Source of the DNA: a bacterium
GTDB taxonomy: Bacteria; Patescibacteriota; Minisyncoccia; UBA6257; 02-FULL-45-10c
Direction of reading: 5' to 3'
Assembly (NCBI GenBank): GCA_021786945.1
Contig: JAJYMK010000003.1
Location: forward strand, 393,471-457,470
DNA: 64,000 nt
Of this stretch, positions 1-10,106 are shown in pieces. The notes below the pieces were generated by a model that was given only the letters and a program-made list of their open reading frames with translations, was not told the DNA's origin and made no database searches. Made by a program: the position numbers and the translations under genes. The number at the start of each line of letters is the position of its first letter. The first letter of the stretch is position 1.

Positions 1-1764
1 TCTGTTGCGGTTTTGGTGGCCGCGATACCCGAAGGATTACCCGTGGCTATGACGGCGATTCTGGCAATCGGAGTGCAAAGACTGGTAAAGAAAAATGGGG
101 TGGTAAGGAAATTGCTTGCCGCCGAAGTTCTGGGTAATACAACTATAATTTTAACCGATAAAACCGGGACGCTTACCGAAGCCAAAATGACGCTTTCAAA
201 AATCCAAACTTTCAATAAAAATTTTACGGAAAATGAAATACTTAAAATTGCCCTGCTAAATACAGATGTAGTAATAGAAAACCCGCATGAAAAAATAGAA
301 AAATGGAAAATTATAGGCAGGCCGCTAGAGGTTGCAACCGTAAAAGCCGCTGCATATAATGGCATTTTTCTAAACAAAGAAAAAAGAGAGGTTAAGATAA
401 ACGATTTCCTCCCATTTTCCTCATCCAATAAATTTTCCGCCGCCGCAATTGAATATAAAAATGAAGAATTAATTACCTTTTTTGGAGCTCCTGATATACT
501 TTTAAAAATATCCGATAAGTCCCCCGAAGAAATAAAATCAATAAATCTCGAAATAAATAAATTAGCCTATGGCGGAGAAAGAGTTTTAGGCGTTGCCGTC
601 AAAAAAATAACCAGAAATAAAAACAAAATAAGCTTATTTACCGAAAAATTTTCGGAACTTGATTTCGCGGGAATAATTTCTTTTAAAGATCCTATAAGAA
701 AGGGGGTTAAGGAAACGGTTCATAATATAGAACAAGTTGGTATAAAAACAATAATCATTACCGGAGACCACCAAGGGACAGCTGAAGCCATAGCTCAAGA
801 ACTTGGATTCAATATAAGAAAAGAGAGTGTAATAAACGGACCAGAACTCGATTATATTTCGGACTCCGAACTTCAAAGAAGGCTTCCCAATTTAAAAATA
901 GTTTCGCGTGTAAGCCCCGAAGGAAAACTAAGAATCGTAAAAGCTTTTCAGGAAAAAGGAGAGATTGTGGCTATGACCGGAGACGGAATAAATGATGCGC
1001 CGAGTCTTAAACAAGCAGACATAGGAATAGCGATGGGCTCTGGCAGCGACGTAGCAAAAGACACCTCCGAACTGATTCTTTTGGACGACAATTACGAAAC
1101 AATAGTGGCTGCAATTGAAGAGGGGCGAAGAATAATAGAGAATATCAGAAAAACAATTGTTTATGTTTTTTTAAGCCTTCTGGACGAACTTCTTCTCATA
1201 GGCGGATCTTTATTGCTAGGCCTTGCTCTTCCTATAAATGCATTTCAAATACTTTGGATAAATTTCTTCTCCGATAGTTTTCCAGCCATTGCCTTCGCTT
1301 TTGAAAATCACTTCAATTATCTTTTACAAAAACCAAAACATGGCCAGGAAAAATTAATAAACAAAGAATCTAGATTTCTCATTCTTGCAATTGGACTTAC
1401 AACAAGCTTTTCTTTGATAATAATTTATTACTTACTTATAAAATTTGGATTTAATCAAGAAATAAGCAGAACCTTTATATTTGCTTCTTTTGGAACCTAT
1501 TCCTTATTCTCGGTTTTCTCTATAAGGAACCTAAAAGAAAGTCTTTTTAAATACAATCCGTTCTCAAATATTTATCTAGACGGAGGAATTCTCATTGGTT
1601 TTGTGTTGATGAGCTTGGCAATCTATCACCCATTTCTCCAGAGATTGATGGACACGGTAAATCTTCCTTTAAACTGGCTGCTAGGCGTGCTGGGAATAGG
1701 TATAATAAATATAGTGCTTCTAGAAATCGGAAAATTCATTAATAATAAAAGACTAGAAGATTAA
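1..1764 (+). CDS. Cation-transporting P-type ATPase (type IIA-like), 5' part outside the window
   Basis: Motifs VAAIPEGLP, DKTGTLT (phosphorylation site), TGD and GDGINDAP, plus C-terminal TM helices. The frame is open from the window edge. Confidence 0.93.
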   Translation, partial: SVAVLVAAIPEGLPVAMTAILAIGVQRLVKKNGVVRKLLAAEVLGNTTIILTDKTGTLTEAKMTLSKIQTFNKNFTENEILKIALLNTDVVIENPHEKIEKWKIIGRPLEVATVKAAAYNGIFLNKEKREVKINDFLPFSSSNKFSAAAIEYKNEELITFFGAPDILLKISDKSPEEIKSINLEINKLAYGGERVLGVAVKKITRNKNKISLFTEKFSELDFAGIISFKDPIRKGVKETVHNIEQVGIKTIIITGDHQGTAEAIAQELGFNIRKESVINGPELDYISDSELQRRLPNLKIVSRVSPEGKLRIVKAFQEKGEIVAMTGDGINDAPSLKQADIGIAMGSGSDVAKDTSELILLDDNYETIVAAIEEGRRIIENIRKTIVYVFLSLLDELLLIGGSLLLGLALPINAFQILWINFFSDSFPAIAFAFENHFNYLLQKPKHGQEKLINKESRFLILAIGLTTSFSLIIIYYLLIKFGFNQEISRTFIFASFGTYSLFSVFSIRNLKESLFKYNPFSNIYLDGGILIGFVLMSLAIYHPFLQRLMDTVNLPLNWLLGVLGIGIINIVLLEIGKFINNKRLED

Positions 1765-1768
1765 ATCC

Positions 1769-2791
1769 ATGGAAAAAACAACGAAAATAATTAAAGCATC
1801 ACTGCCCGCAATAGTGTCTATAATTGCGACTAAAAGCCTAAGAGAGGTTGAAAAAGAACTTCCGGCGGAAGTTTTTCCGCTTCTGCCATTTGGTATGCCG
1901 GACCTGCAAATTCCCGAAGAGAAAATAAATATTCGGGGAATGATTGAGGTTGGCAGCGGGTCAGGCTTTATAGTGGACCCTACCGGAGTTATCCTAACCA
2001 ACAAACACGTTATTGCCGATCCCGAAGCCGAATATGAAGTTCTAACTTCATCTGGTAAAAAATATAGAGCAGAAATTCTCGCCAGAGATCCAATCGACGA
2101 TGTGGCTATATTAAAAATTCCGGCCATTAAACTGCCATCAATGAAACTCGGCAATTCCAATAAAATCGAATTAGGTGAAACTGTATTGGCTATTGGAAAC
2201 GCTCTCGGCTTATTCAAAAATACCGTTTCCAAAGGAATTGTCTCCGGATTATCCAGGGCGATATCCCCCAACGAAGAAGAACAATTACGAGGGCTTATTC
2301 AAACAGACGCAGCTATCAATCCCGGAAATTCAGGCGGACCGCTTTTGAATCTAAAAGGCGAAGTTATAGGTATAAATGCCGCTATAATTTCAGGCGCGCA
2401 AAATATAGGATTTGCTATACCAATAAATAGCGCAAAAAAAGACCTTAAGGACGTGAGAGAATTTGGAAAAGTCCGAAGACCCCTTTTGGGAATAAGATAC
2501 ATAAATATCGACAAGAATTTACAGGAAAAACTTAATCTTCCGGTAGATTTTGGAGCTATAATCATCGGCAAAAAAGACTCCCACGAAGCCGTTCTAAAAG
2601 GAACCCCTGCTTATAAAGCCGGCTTAAAAGAAGGAGATATAGTAATGGAATGCAATAAAGAAAAAATAGATGCAGACAATACAGTTCAAGACATTTTGGA
2701 AAATATGAAAGTCGGAGACATAATGAGATTGAAAATACTAAGAAACAATAAACCAATCGAGATAAGTGTAGAGCTTAGTGAAAGAAAATAA
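1769..2791 (+). CDS. HtrA/DegP-like trypsin-family serine protease with PDZ domain
   Basis: GSGFI, TNKHV, DVAILK and GNSGGPL catalytic motifs; C-terminal PDZ-like segment (PAYKAGLKEGD). Confidence 0.92.
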   Translation: MEKTTKIIKASLPAIVSIIATKSLREVEKELPAEVFPLLPFGMPDLQIPEEKINIRGMIEVGSGSGFIVDPTGVILTNKHVIADPEAEYEVLTSSGKKYRAEILARDPIDDVAILKIPAIKLPSMKLGNSNKIELGETVLAIGNALGLFKNTVSKGIVSGLSRAISPNEEEQLRGLIQTDAAINPGNSGGPLLNLKGEVIGINAAIISGAQNIGFAIPINSAKKDLKDVREFGKVRRPLLGIRYINIDKNLQEKLNLPVDFGAIIIGKKDSHEAVLKGTPAYKAGLKEGDIVMECNKEKIDADNTVQDILENMKVGDIMRLKILRNNKPIEISVELSERK

Positions 2792-2829
2792 ATTAAAACC
2801 CCCGCATTTACGGGGGTTTTAATTTATTT
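2787..2829. terminator. Bidirectional intrinsic terminator
   Basis: AATTAAAACCCCCG-CATTTA-CGGGGGTTTTAATT inverted repeat between convergent ORFs. Confidence 0.85.
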
Positions 2830-2970
2830 GAACGTCTCTACCTTAAAGTACTTTATTATATTTTCAGGTACCGGAATGGTTAATTTATTAAGGCTATCAA
2901 TATGAAGAACGATGTAAATCGCCACTAATATAGCGCCAACCATCAATACCAAACCAATTACTTTTTCCAT
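2824..2970 (-). CDS. Small membrane protein, 48 aa (not in ORF track)
   Basis: Hand translation MEKVIGLVLMVGAILVAIYIVLHIDSLNKLTIPVPENIIKYFKVETFK*. One hydrophobic helix, TATAAT 6 nt before the ATG, stop within the terminator. Confidence 0.65.
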   Translation of the reverse strand: MEKVIGLVLMVGAILVAIYIVLHIDSLNKLTIPVPENIIKYFKVETFK

Positions 2971-3029
2971 TACTTTATTATATTAAATCAATTCATAAAA
3001 TGCCATATTTAAACCATATTTTAGGCCTC

Positions 3030-3058
3030 TTGACGATTTTTTAATTTTATGGTAATAT
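3030..3058 (+). promoter_or_regulatory. Sigma70-type promoter of the FN3 surface gene
   Basis: TTGACG-17 nt-TAATAT with an upstream TG (extended -10). Confidence 0.55.
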
Positions 3059-3137
3059 ATTATATATAACATTATGGCTGGGAGACGAGCTATATATAAG
3101 ACACTCCCCGCTTCTTAATTAATACAATACAAAAACT

Positions 3138-4811
3138 ATGACAAATATTCTTAAAAATAGGTTTTTTATAGGCTTTTTAGCCTCTACTATTATTTCATTG
3201 GCTTCTTTAAGTTTGGCTCACGCCGCTGAAATAACAGTAACAACCTACAACGTTGATGGTAATACAATTTCCGCAAACAGCGCCCTTTTGGAAGGAATCG
3301 TTGACGTTACCAGTCATCCGGCCGAAGTATGGTTTGAATACGGAACCAGTAATTTCTTAGGGCAATCCACGGCTAAAAATATGGAAGGTTTGAATTTTTC
3401 TGCCAAAAAATTCGGCGCAGTAATTTCCGGTTTGACCGCCAATACTACTTATTATTTTCAAGCTGTAGGAAGAAATATCGATACAAATCTTGAAGTCAGA
3501 GGCCAACTTCTTACCTTCTCAACGAACAATACAGTAATACAGAGTAACTACTCAAATTCAACAGACGCAAACAGCGGATATTATACATCTAGTTCTGCTC
3601 CGGAAGTTACAACTAATCCGGCCATACTCGATTCAATAGATGTAAATTCCGCCACATTGGATTCATACATAAAATCAAACGGATCAAATACCGTAGCCTG
3701 GTTTGAATATGGAACCAATGATAGTCTTGGACAAGCAACTGAAGATTGGGGTGTAAGCGTAACCGCTTATCAAGTAGATTTCCAGAAAAAAATAACCGGG
3801 TTAATGCCGGATACAATTTATTATTTCAGGGCAGCTGCCAGAAACGACTACGGCACAATCTATGGAAGTACTTATGTGTTTAAAACAAAAGAAATAGCAA
3901 CCGGCATAACTTTTAGCCAGCCAACCGTCCTCACTTCTCCGGCGATGCTTATAAAAGACAACTCTGCCTTATTAAATGGTAGCGCTATAGCCAATAATGC
4001 CGAAACAAATGTCTGGTTTGAATGGAGCGAAGATCCAAATATGAATAATGGCGTAAATAGAAACGTTAGCCAAAGTATCGGCGCCGGTAGCAATGAAGTT
4101 TATGCCGCCTATTCACTTACCAATTTAACCGTAAATAAAACCTACTATTTTAGATTGGTTGCCCAAAACTCATATGGAACAACCAGAGGTAATATAAATA
4201 AATTTACAACTATTCACTACGTAGCCCCAACCCAAACCGTAAAGACTGTTAATGCTTCAAACGGAACTCAGGTGGCTCAGATATCGGTAAATAACGATGC
4301 GATATCGTTAAGTGGCGAATTCGACAACAATAATCCGAGAGCGGGAACGAAAACCGTCTACGCGCTAAGTTACACAAATAATACTAATTTGGTAATAAGA
4401 GACGCCGTTTTAAAAGTAACCCTTCCCAATGAGGTAAGCTACCTTGCCTCAAGCTTTGCTAATGTAAATCAGAATGGAAATACAATTACTTTGAAAATTG
4501 GCGATATAGCCGCGAAAGGAACAGGGTCTGCCAGCATAAGAGTAAGAATAACCGATCTTGCAAAAGCTCAGGTTATAAAATTTACCACAAATCTTTCCTA
4601 TAAGATTAACGGTAAATCAGGTGAGGATAATATCTCCAATGAATTAAAAGTCAGCGAATATTCCTTGGCTGCGTCAGCTCTTGATCTTCTTGGCACAATA
4701 CTTAACAATATTTTTATCGATCTTCTTCTTGGAATAATTATAGGTGCTTATGGATACCATATAATCAATAAACAAAAACAAGTTGTTGATACCGAAGATC
4801 CGCTAAAATAA
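3138..4811 (+). CDS. Surface protein with three fibronectin type III-like repeats, a DUF11-like domain and a C-terminal TM anchor
   Basis: Signal peptide ending AHA-A; three repeats of SA.L.G...WFE(Y/W)...L...T.YYF...N; VYALSYTN...V.LP.EV; hydrophobic C-terminus. Confidence 0.8.
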   Translation: MTNILKNRFFIGFLASTIISLASLSLAHAAEITVTTYNVDGNTISANSALLEGIVDVTSHPAEVWFEYGTSNFLGQSTAKNMEGLNFSAKKFGAVISGLTANTTYYFQAVGRNIDTNLEVRGQLLTFSTNNTVIQSNYSNSTDANSGYYTSSSAPEVTTNPAILDSIDVNSATLDSYIKSNGSNTVAWFEYGTNDSLGQATEDWGVSVTAYQVDFQKKITGLMPDTIYYFRAAARNDYGTIYGSTYVFKTKEIATGITFSQPTVLTSPAMLIKDNSALLNGSAIANNAETNVWFEWSEDPNMNNGVNRNVSQSIGAGSNEVYAAYSLTNLTVNKTYYFRLVAQNSYGTTRGNINKFTTIHYVAPTQTVKTVNASNGTQVAQISVNNDAISLSGEFDNNNPRAGTKTVYALSYTNNTNLVIRDAVLKVTLPNEVSYLASSFANVNQNGNTITLKIGDIAAKGTGSASIRVRITDLAKAQVIKFTTNLSYKINGKSGEDNISNELKVSEYSLAASALDLLGTILNNIFIDLLLGIIIGAYGYHIINKQKQVVDTEDPLK

Positions 4812-4819
4812 TCAAATAA

Positions 4820-4857
4820 ATAAAAATACCGCCAATCAATAGGCGGTATTTTTATTT
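4820..4857. terminator. Bidirectional intrinsic terminator
   Basis: ATAAAAATACCGCC-AATCAATA-GGCGGTATTTTTAT. Confidence 0.85.
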
Positions 4858-4971
4858 GAATAAAGCCAGTAAAGTTTCACGCCATGCTGCCAATTCCGGC
4901 CCGTTAAATAAGACGTAAATAGTTATTCCACAAAATACCATTATTAATAAACCCAGTACGCGTTTCCACAT
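4852..4971 (-). CDS. Small membrane protein, 39 aa (not in ORF track)
   Basis: Hand translation MWKRVLGLLIMVFCGITIYVLFNGPELAAWRETLLALFK*. Fills the gap downstream of leuS and stops at the terminator. Confidence 0.55.
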   Translation of the reverse strand: MWKRVLGLLIMVFCGITIYVLFNGPELAAWRETLLALFK

Positions 4972-5009
4972 ACTTTAAGTTTACGCTTTAATTTAAAATA
5001 GTAAAACTA

Positions 5010-7436
5010 TCAAATAACAATATTAATAAGCTTATCTTGTACAAAAATAATTTTTTTAGGCTTCTTGCTGCCCAAGAATTCCTTAACTCTCTCACGCGGC
5101 AAAACCATATTTTCTACATCCGGCTGAACCATGCCCTTCTTCAATATAATTTTATCCCTAAGCTTGCCATTGACTTGAATTAATAATTCAACGTCTTCAT
5201 CTTCTATAAGATGTTTATTGAATTCAGGCCAAGATTCTAAGTGAACCGATTTTTTATTCCCGATTTTTTGCCAAAGCTCTTCGGATATGTGCGGTGCAAA
5301 CGGAACAAGGATTTTAATGACATTTTCTGCCATTACCTTATTTATAAGATCGCTCTTCTTTTCCATTTCATTTAAAAGAATCATTAAGGCGGAAACGGCA
5401 GTATTGAATTTAAAAGCCGCTATATCTTCACCTACCTTCTTTATAGTCTTGTGCACCATTCTGTTAAGATCCTTAAAATCTTTTGGCGTAACATTTTCAG
5501 TCTTTGCCTTTTTATCAAATTTCAATTTTGCGAACAAATCATAAACCCTGTTCAAAAATCTATACGCACCAAGAATGCCAGTTGGATCCCAAGGACCACC
5601 CTGACTATACTCAGCCATAAAACAAAGATAAACTCTTACGGAATCCGCCCCGAACTTCTCAACTAATTCATCGGGGTCAACAACATTACCTCTTGATTTA
5701 GACATTTTTTGTCCGTCTGGACCGAGAATCATTCCCTGGTGACGAAGCGATAAAAATGGCTCTTTAAAATCAAGGTATCCCTCATCATGCAAAAACTTAG
5801 TAAAAAATCTTACGTACAAAAGATGCATCACTGCGTGCTCTGGACCACCAATATACATTTTTACCGGCAACCAACTTTTGATTTTATTGGAATCGGCAAA
5901 GTGTTTTTTATTTTTCGGATCAACATAACGCAAATAATACCAGGAAGAATCCACAAACGTATCCATGGTATCGGTCTCTCTTTCGGCGGGACCTCCACAT
6001 TCTGGGCATTTCACTTTCAGGAATTTTTCGGCTTTAGCCAAAGGAGACCTGCCCTTTTCATCCGGAGTATAGTCTTTAACTTTAGGCAAAACTACCGGTA
6101 AATCTTTTTCCGGAACAGGAACCATGCCGCATTCTTTGCAATAAATCATTGGGATTGGAGTACCCCAATAGCGCTGGCGGCTTATAAGCCAATCTCTGAA
6201 TTTATAATTTACTTTTTTCTTGGCACCGATAGATTCAACGATCCTATCCTTGGCAATATTGTTGGGAAGATTATCCAGATCACCGGAATTAATCATGACT
6301 CCATCACTCTCAAAAGCGGCGGTTAATTCACCATGACTCCCGTTTTCCGAAACTACCTGAATTATGGGAAGTTCGAATTTTTTGGCAAAATCAAAATCTC
6401 TCTGATCATGAGCCGGTACGGCCATTACCGCTCCAGTACCATACCCACCCAAAACATAATCTGAAACCCAAACCGGAATAACCTTTTTATTGAAAGGATT
6501 TATAACCTTAATTCCCTGAAGTTCAACCCCGCTCTTTTCTTTAACATTGGTAAGCCTATCCAATTCAGTTTTATGCTTAGCAGCCTCTATATAATCTCTT
6601 ACGCTATTTTTATTTCTTATTCTGGCTTCCAAAATTTTAATAAGCGGATGCTCTGGAGCCAAAACTAAATAAGAAACCCCCGGTAGCGTATCAGCTCTAG
6701 TGGTAAATACTTTTATTTTAAGTTCCGACTCCTCTATAGGAAAATCAATTTCGGCGCCCTCAGAACGGCCAATCCAATGCTTTTGCATGGCTTTGGTTTT
6801 TTCCGGCCAATCCAAAGTTTCCAAATCTTCAAGAAGTCTATCTGCATAATCGGTAATTTTTAAAAGCCACTGCTCCACTTCTTTTTGCTCTACAGGACCA
6901 TCACAACGCCAACATTTTCCGCCCTCAGCCTGTTCATTAGCCAAAACAGAATTACATTTTGGACACCAATTTGCCGTAACTTTCTTGCGATAAGCCAGGC
7001 CCTTTTTATACATCTGCAAAAAAATCCACTGATTCCATTTATAATATTCGGGTAAACAAGTAACGATCATTCTGGACCAATCATAAATATTACCTGTTCT
7101 TTCCAGCTGCTTTATCATGCTTTTGATATTTTCCAATGTCCACTTTTCCGGAGGCATACCATGTTTGATAGCCGCACCTTCTGCTGGAAGACCAAAGGAA
7201 TCGAAACCGAAAGGACTAAGTACATTATAACCCTCCATCCTTTTGAATCTGGCGAATACATCGGCACCGGCAAAATTATACCAATGGCCAATGTGCAAAT
7301 TCCCGGATGGATATGGGAACATTACCAAATGATAATAATTCTTTTTGCCCTTAACATTATCCTTCGCAACAAAAAGTTTTTTCTGCTTCCAATATTTCTG
7401 CCACTTCAGCTCTATTTTTTTATGATTGTAGGCCAT
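5010..7436 (-). CDS. leuS: Leucine--tRNA ligase
   Basis: MFPYPSG.LHIGH, KMSKS, CP1 editing GTGAVMAVPAHD, WLISRQRYWG. Confidence 0.98.
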   Translation of the reverse strand: MAYNHKKIELKWQKYWKQKKLFVAKDNVKGKKNYYHLVMFPYPSGNLHIGHWYNFAGADVFARFKRMEGYNVLSPFGFDSFGLPAEGAAIKHGMPPEKWTLENIKSMIKQLERTGNIYDWSRMIVTCLPEYYKWNQWIFLQMYKKGLAYRKKVTANWCPKCNSVLANEQAEGGKCWRCDGPVEQKEVEQWLLKITDYADRLLEDLETLDWPEKTKAMQKHWIGRSEGAEIDFPIEESELKIKVFTTRADTLPGVSYLVLAPEHPLIKILEARIRNKNSVRDYIEAAKHKTELDRLTNVKEKSGVELQGIKVINPFNKKVIPVWVSDYVLGGYGTGAVMAVPAHDQRDFDFAKKFELPIIQVVSENGSHGELTAAFESDGVMINSGDLDNLPNNIAKDRIVESIGAKKKVNYKFRDWLISRQRYWGTPIPMIYCKECGMVPVPEKDLPVVLPKVKDYTPDEKGRSPLAKAEKFLKVKCPECGGPAERETDTMDTFVDSSWYYLRYVDPKNKKHFADSNKIKSWLPVKMYIGGPEHAVMHLLYVRFFTKFLHDEGYLDFKEPFLSLRHQGMILGPDGQKMSKSRGNVVDPDELVEKFGADSVRVYLCFMAEYSQGGPWDPTGILGAYRFLNRVYDLFAKLKFDKKAKTENVTPKDFKDLNRMVHKTIKKVGEDIAAFKFNTAVSALMILLNEMEKKSDLINKVMAENVIKILVPFAPHISEELWQKIGNKKSVHLESWPEFNKHLIEDEDVELLIQVNGKLRDKIILKKGMVQPDVENMVLPRERVKEFLGSKKPKKIIFVQDKLINIVI

Positions 7437-7510
7437 AGTTAAATATTAATATTAAAGCCAATTACATAATATTTTAGACCCAAAAACGTTTGGTAGCAAT
7501 AGAATAAGTC

Positions 7511-8341
7511 TTAATGAATTTTAAATACATCAGAAGAGTTTTTATATAAGTTAGCAGCAACATCCTCAAATATTAATCCCTTTATTTCCGCCAGTCTCTT
7601 AACTGTCTCAATCATATAAACCGGTTCGTTTCTTTGACCCCTGTGGCTTTGCGGTGCTACGTACGGACAATCGGTCTCTATAAAAATTCTTTCCACGGGC
7701 AAATATTTTATTATTTCTTCATAATTTTTAGCAAAAGTAATAACTCCTCCAAAGGTAAAATAAAATCCTAAATCAGCTAATTTTTTAGCCATATCCAGTG
7801 AACCGGCATAAAAATGCATTATTTTTGTTAAATCTTTAAATTTTGGATCATTTAATACATTCAAGGCATATTCATAGGCATTATCGCTCCCCTTGCTTGG
7901 GCGGCAATGCATCATTAATGGCTTGTTTAGTTCTCTAGCTAAATTTGCCTGTTCGGCAAAAACCCTACCTTGAATTTCCGCAGCAGAAGCATCGTAAAAC
8001 AAATCGAATCCACATTCACTTATAGCCACAACTTTTTCATCTTGAGCCAATGCTTTTAAAACTTTAATATCAAAAACTTCCGGTTCAGCGCCGAACTGTT
8101 CATTTTTATCATGATGCCACTCTTTTAATAAATGATTGGGATGAAAACCAACCGTAGCCCAGACATTGTCCGGAAACTCTTTCGCTACTTCTATAGCCCT
8201 TTTCGAAGTTTCGGCCTGAGTTCCCACGGCAATCATTTTTACCCTCTCTGATTGTGCTCTTTTTATGACCTCGGCCCTATCCGCATCAAAAGCTGGAAAC
8301 TGAATATGACCATGAGCATCCAAAAAATTAAGATTTGACAT
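7511..8341 (-). CDS. tatD: TatD-family DNase
   Basis: DAHGH, GFHP, ISECGFD, MHCR, HFY, ETDCPY and RNEP motifs. Confidence 0.93.
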   Translation of the reverse strand: MSNLNFLDAHGHIQFPAFDADRAEVIKRAQSERVKMIAVGTQAETSKRAIEVAKEFPDNVWATVGFHPNHLLKEWHHDKNEQFGAEPEVFDIKVLKALAQDEKVVAISECGFDLFYDASAAEIQGRVFAEQANLARELNKPLMMHCRPSKGSDNAYEYALNVLNDPKFKDLTKIMHFYAGSLDMAKKLADLGFYFTFGGVITFAKNYEEIIKYLPVERIFIETDCPYVAPQSHRGQRNEPVYMIETVKRLAEIKGLIFEDVAANLYKNSSDVFKIH

Positions 8342-8377
8342 AATGTTTAATTCCTATTAATATACTATATACTAAAT

Positions 8378-8640
8378 ATTTGTTCGTTAACAAATTGGCG
8401 CAAAGATGAAGTGATTACAGAGCCACTTCATATCAGCGCAGATGGCCGGATAAAAATCCTGAGAAAGTTGCGAGTCCTCGCCCATGAGGCCTCCTTCTCG
8501 CAAATCTCAATTCGGGAATTGACCCGAATGACCATCTCGATTTGCCCCAAGGCGGTGACTCCAATAAAGGGGTCACCGCCTCCAAATTTTATTGGCAATA
8601 AACCAATAAAAAAACTCCGATACAACTCGGAGTTTTTTAT
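8378..8640 (+). ncRNA. Candidate structured non-coding RNA of unknown family
   Basis: GC-richer intergenic tract with nested stems, preceded by TTGACA-17-TAATAT (8335-8363) and ending in a terminator hairpin (8610-8637). No credible ORF. Confidence 0.5.
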
Positions 8641-10106
8641 TGTTTTTCTATTCTCGGAAAAAGATTTTGAATCTTGGTAACAGAAAAACCCGGCTCATTT
8701 TCTTTTAAAGAATCCAAAATCATTTGCGATGTTTGTGGTAAAAATGAAGACAGTAATAAGCCCAACTCTTTTAAGATAAACACCAAATCAAACAAGATTG
8801 ATTTTTTAGTTTCAGCAGTCAAAGATTTTTCCCATGGTTTTTTTTCATTCACATAACGATCTCCGTATTGAATCAAACTCCAAATATCCGTTAAAGATTC
8901 ACTGAATTTAAAATTTTCGGTTTTCTGTTTTACCGATTTCTTTATTTCTTTTATTTTTTCCCCAACATCGGAGGAAACACTCCCTTCTATTTTTTCTTCC
9001 TTTGAAGCCAAGGTAGATACTCTAGCGGCAAAATTACCCAGCCCATTTGCTAAATCACCATTATATCTTTCCTCAAATTTTTCATAAGAAAAATCTCCAT
9101 CTTCCGAAGACGGTATTTCTCTCAAAAGATAGTATCTCACGGGCTCGGTGCCGTATTTTTTTACCAATTCATAAGGATCGACAACGTTTCCCAAAGACTT
9201 CGACATCTTTTCGCCGTTTGCAGTAATAAATCCATGAATAAATACTTTTTTAGGAAGCGGCAATTTACAGGATAAAAGCATAGCAGGCCAAAGAGCCACG
9301 TGAAAACGAGAAATATCCTTTCCTATCATATGGACATCGGCAGGATGTTTTTTCCATTTATTTATCCCTCCATACCCACTTATATAATTAGTTAAAGCAT
9401 CGGCCCAAACATACATAACTTGAGTATCGTCATTCAAAACAGGCACTCCCCACTGCAAAGATCTTTTTGATCTTGAAAAACTTACATCTTCAAGTCCGCC
9501 TCTAATTAAAGATAATATTTCATTCTTTCTTGTTTCGGGAATAATCTTTAATTTATCTTTTTCTATCAAGTATTCCAATTCTTTTGTGTATTTAGAAAGT
9601 CTGAAAAACCAATTCTCCTCCTCTATGAATTCGAGTTGTTTTTTATGAATAACACATTTTCCATCAACTATATCTTTTCCAGTCTTAAAAGCCTCACAGC
9701 CAACACAATAGTAGCCGTTGTATTTTTTCTTATATAAATCCCCCGCCTTCAAAATTCTATCCCAGATTTCCCAAACAACAGGCCAATGATTTTTTTGATC
9801 CGTGGTTCTGACAAAATTATCCCAAGACAAATTTAAAACTTCTTTCAAGCCCCTGAATTTTAAAGATAAGCCGTCAACAAAATCTTGAGGATTTTTTCCG
9901 CTTTCTTCGGCGGCCTTTTGAATTTTGGATCCATGTTCGTCTGTGCCAGTCTGAAAAAAAACATCAAATTTTTCTTTACGGTAATGCCTAGCTAAAACAT
10001 CAGACTGCAAAGATTCTAAAGCAAAACCAATATGTGGATCGGAGTTAACATATGCTATAGAAGTCGTAACATAAAACTTCTTTTTTTGAAAAAAAAGATT
10101 AAGCAT
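8637..10106 (-). CDS. metG: Methionine--tRNA ligase (short form lacking the C-terminal tRNA-binding domain)
   Basis: Y.NSDPHIG, GTDEHG, YVWADAL, GKDI.RFH and KMSKS motifs. Confidence 0.96.
   Translation of the reverse strand: MLNLFFQKKKFYVTTSIAYVNSDPHIGFALESLQSDVLARHYRKEKFDVFFQTGTDEHGSKIQKAAEESGKNPQDFVDGLSLKFRGLKEVLNLSWDNFVRTTDQKNHWPVVWEIWDRILKAGDLYKKKYNGYYCVGCEAFKTGKDIVDGKCVIHKKQLEFIEEENWFFRLSKYTKELEYLIEKDKLKIIPETRKNEILSLIRGGLEDVSFSRSKRSLQWGVPVLNDDTQVMYVWADALTNYISGYGGINKWKKHPADVHMIGKDISRFHVALWPAMLLSCKLPLPKKVFIHGFITANGEKMSKSLGNVVDPYELVKKYGTEPVRYYLLREIPSSEDGDFSYEKFEERYNGDLANGLGNFAARVSTLASKEEKIEGSVSSDVGEKIKEIKKSVKQKTENFKFSESLTDIWSLIQYGDRYVNEKKPWEKSLTAETKKSILFDLVFILKELGLLLSSFLPQTSQMILDSLKENEPGFSVTKIQNLFPRIEKQ

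Noticed and set aside
8411-8680. ORFs 8411..8680 (+) and 8428..8625 (-) as proteins
   Set aside because: No RBS or recognisable motif; the + ORF runs through a terminator into metG; the sequence is better explained by base pairing.
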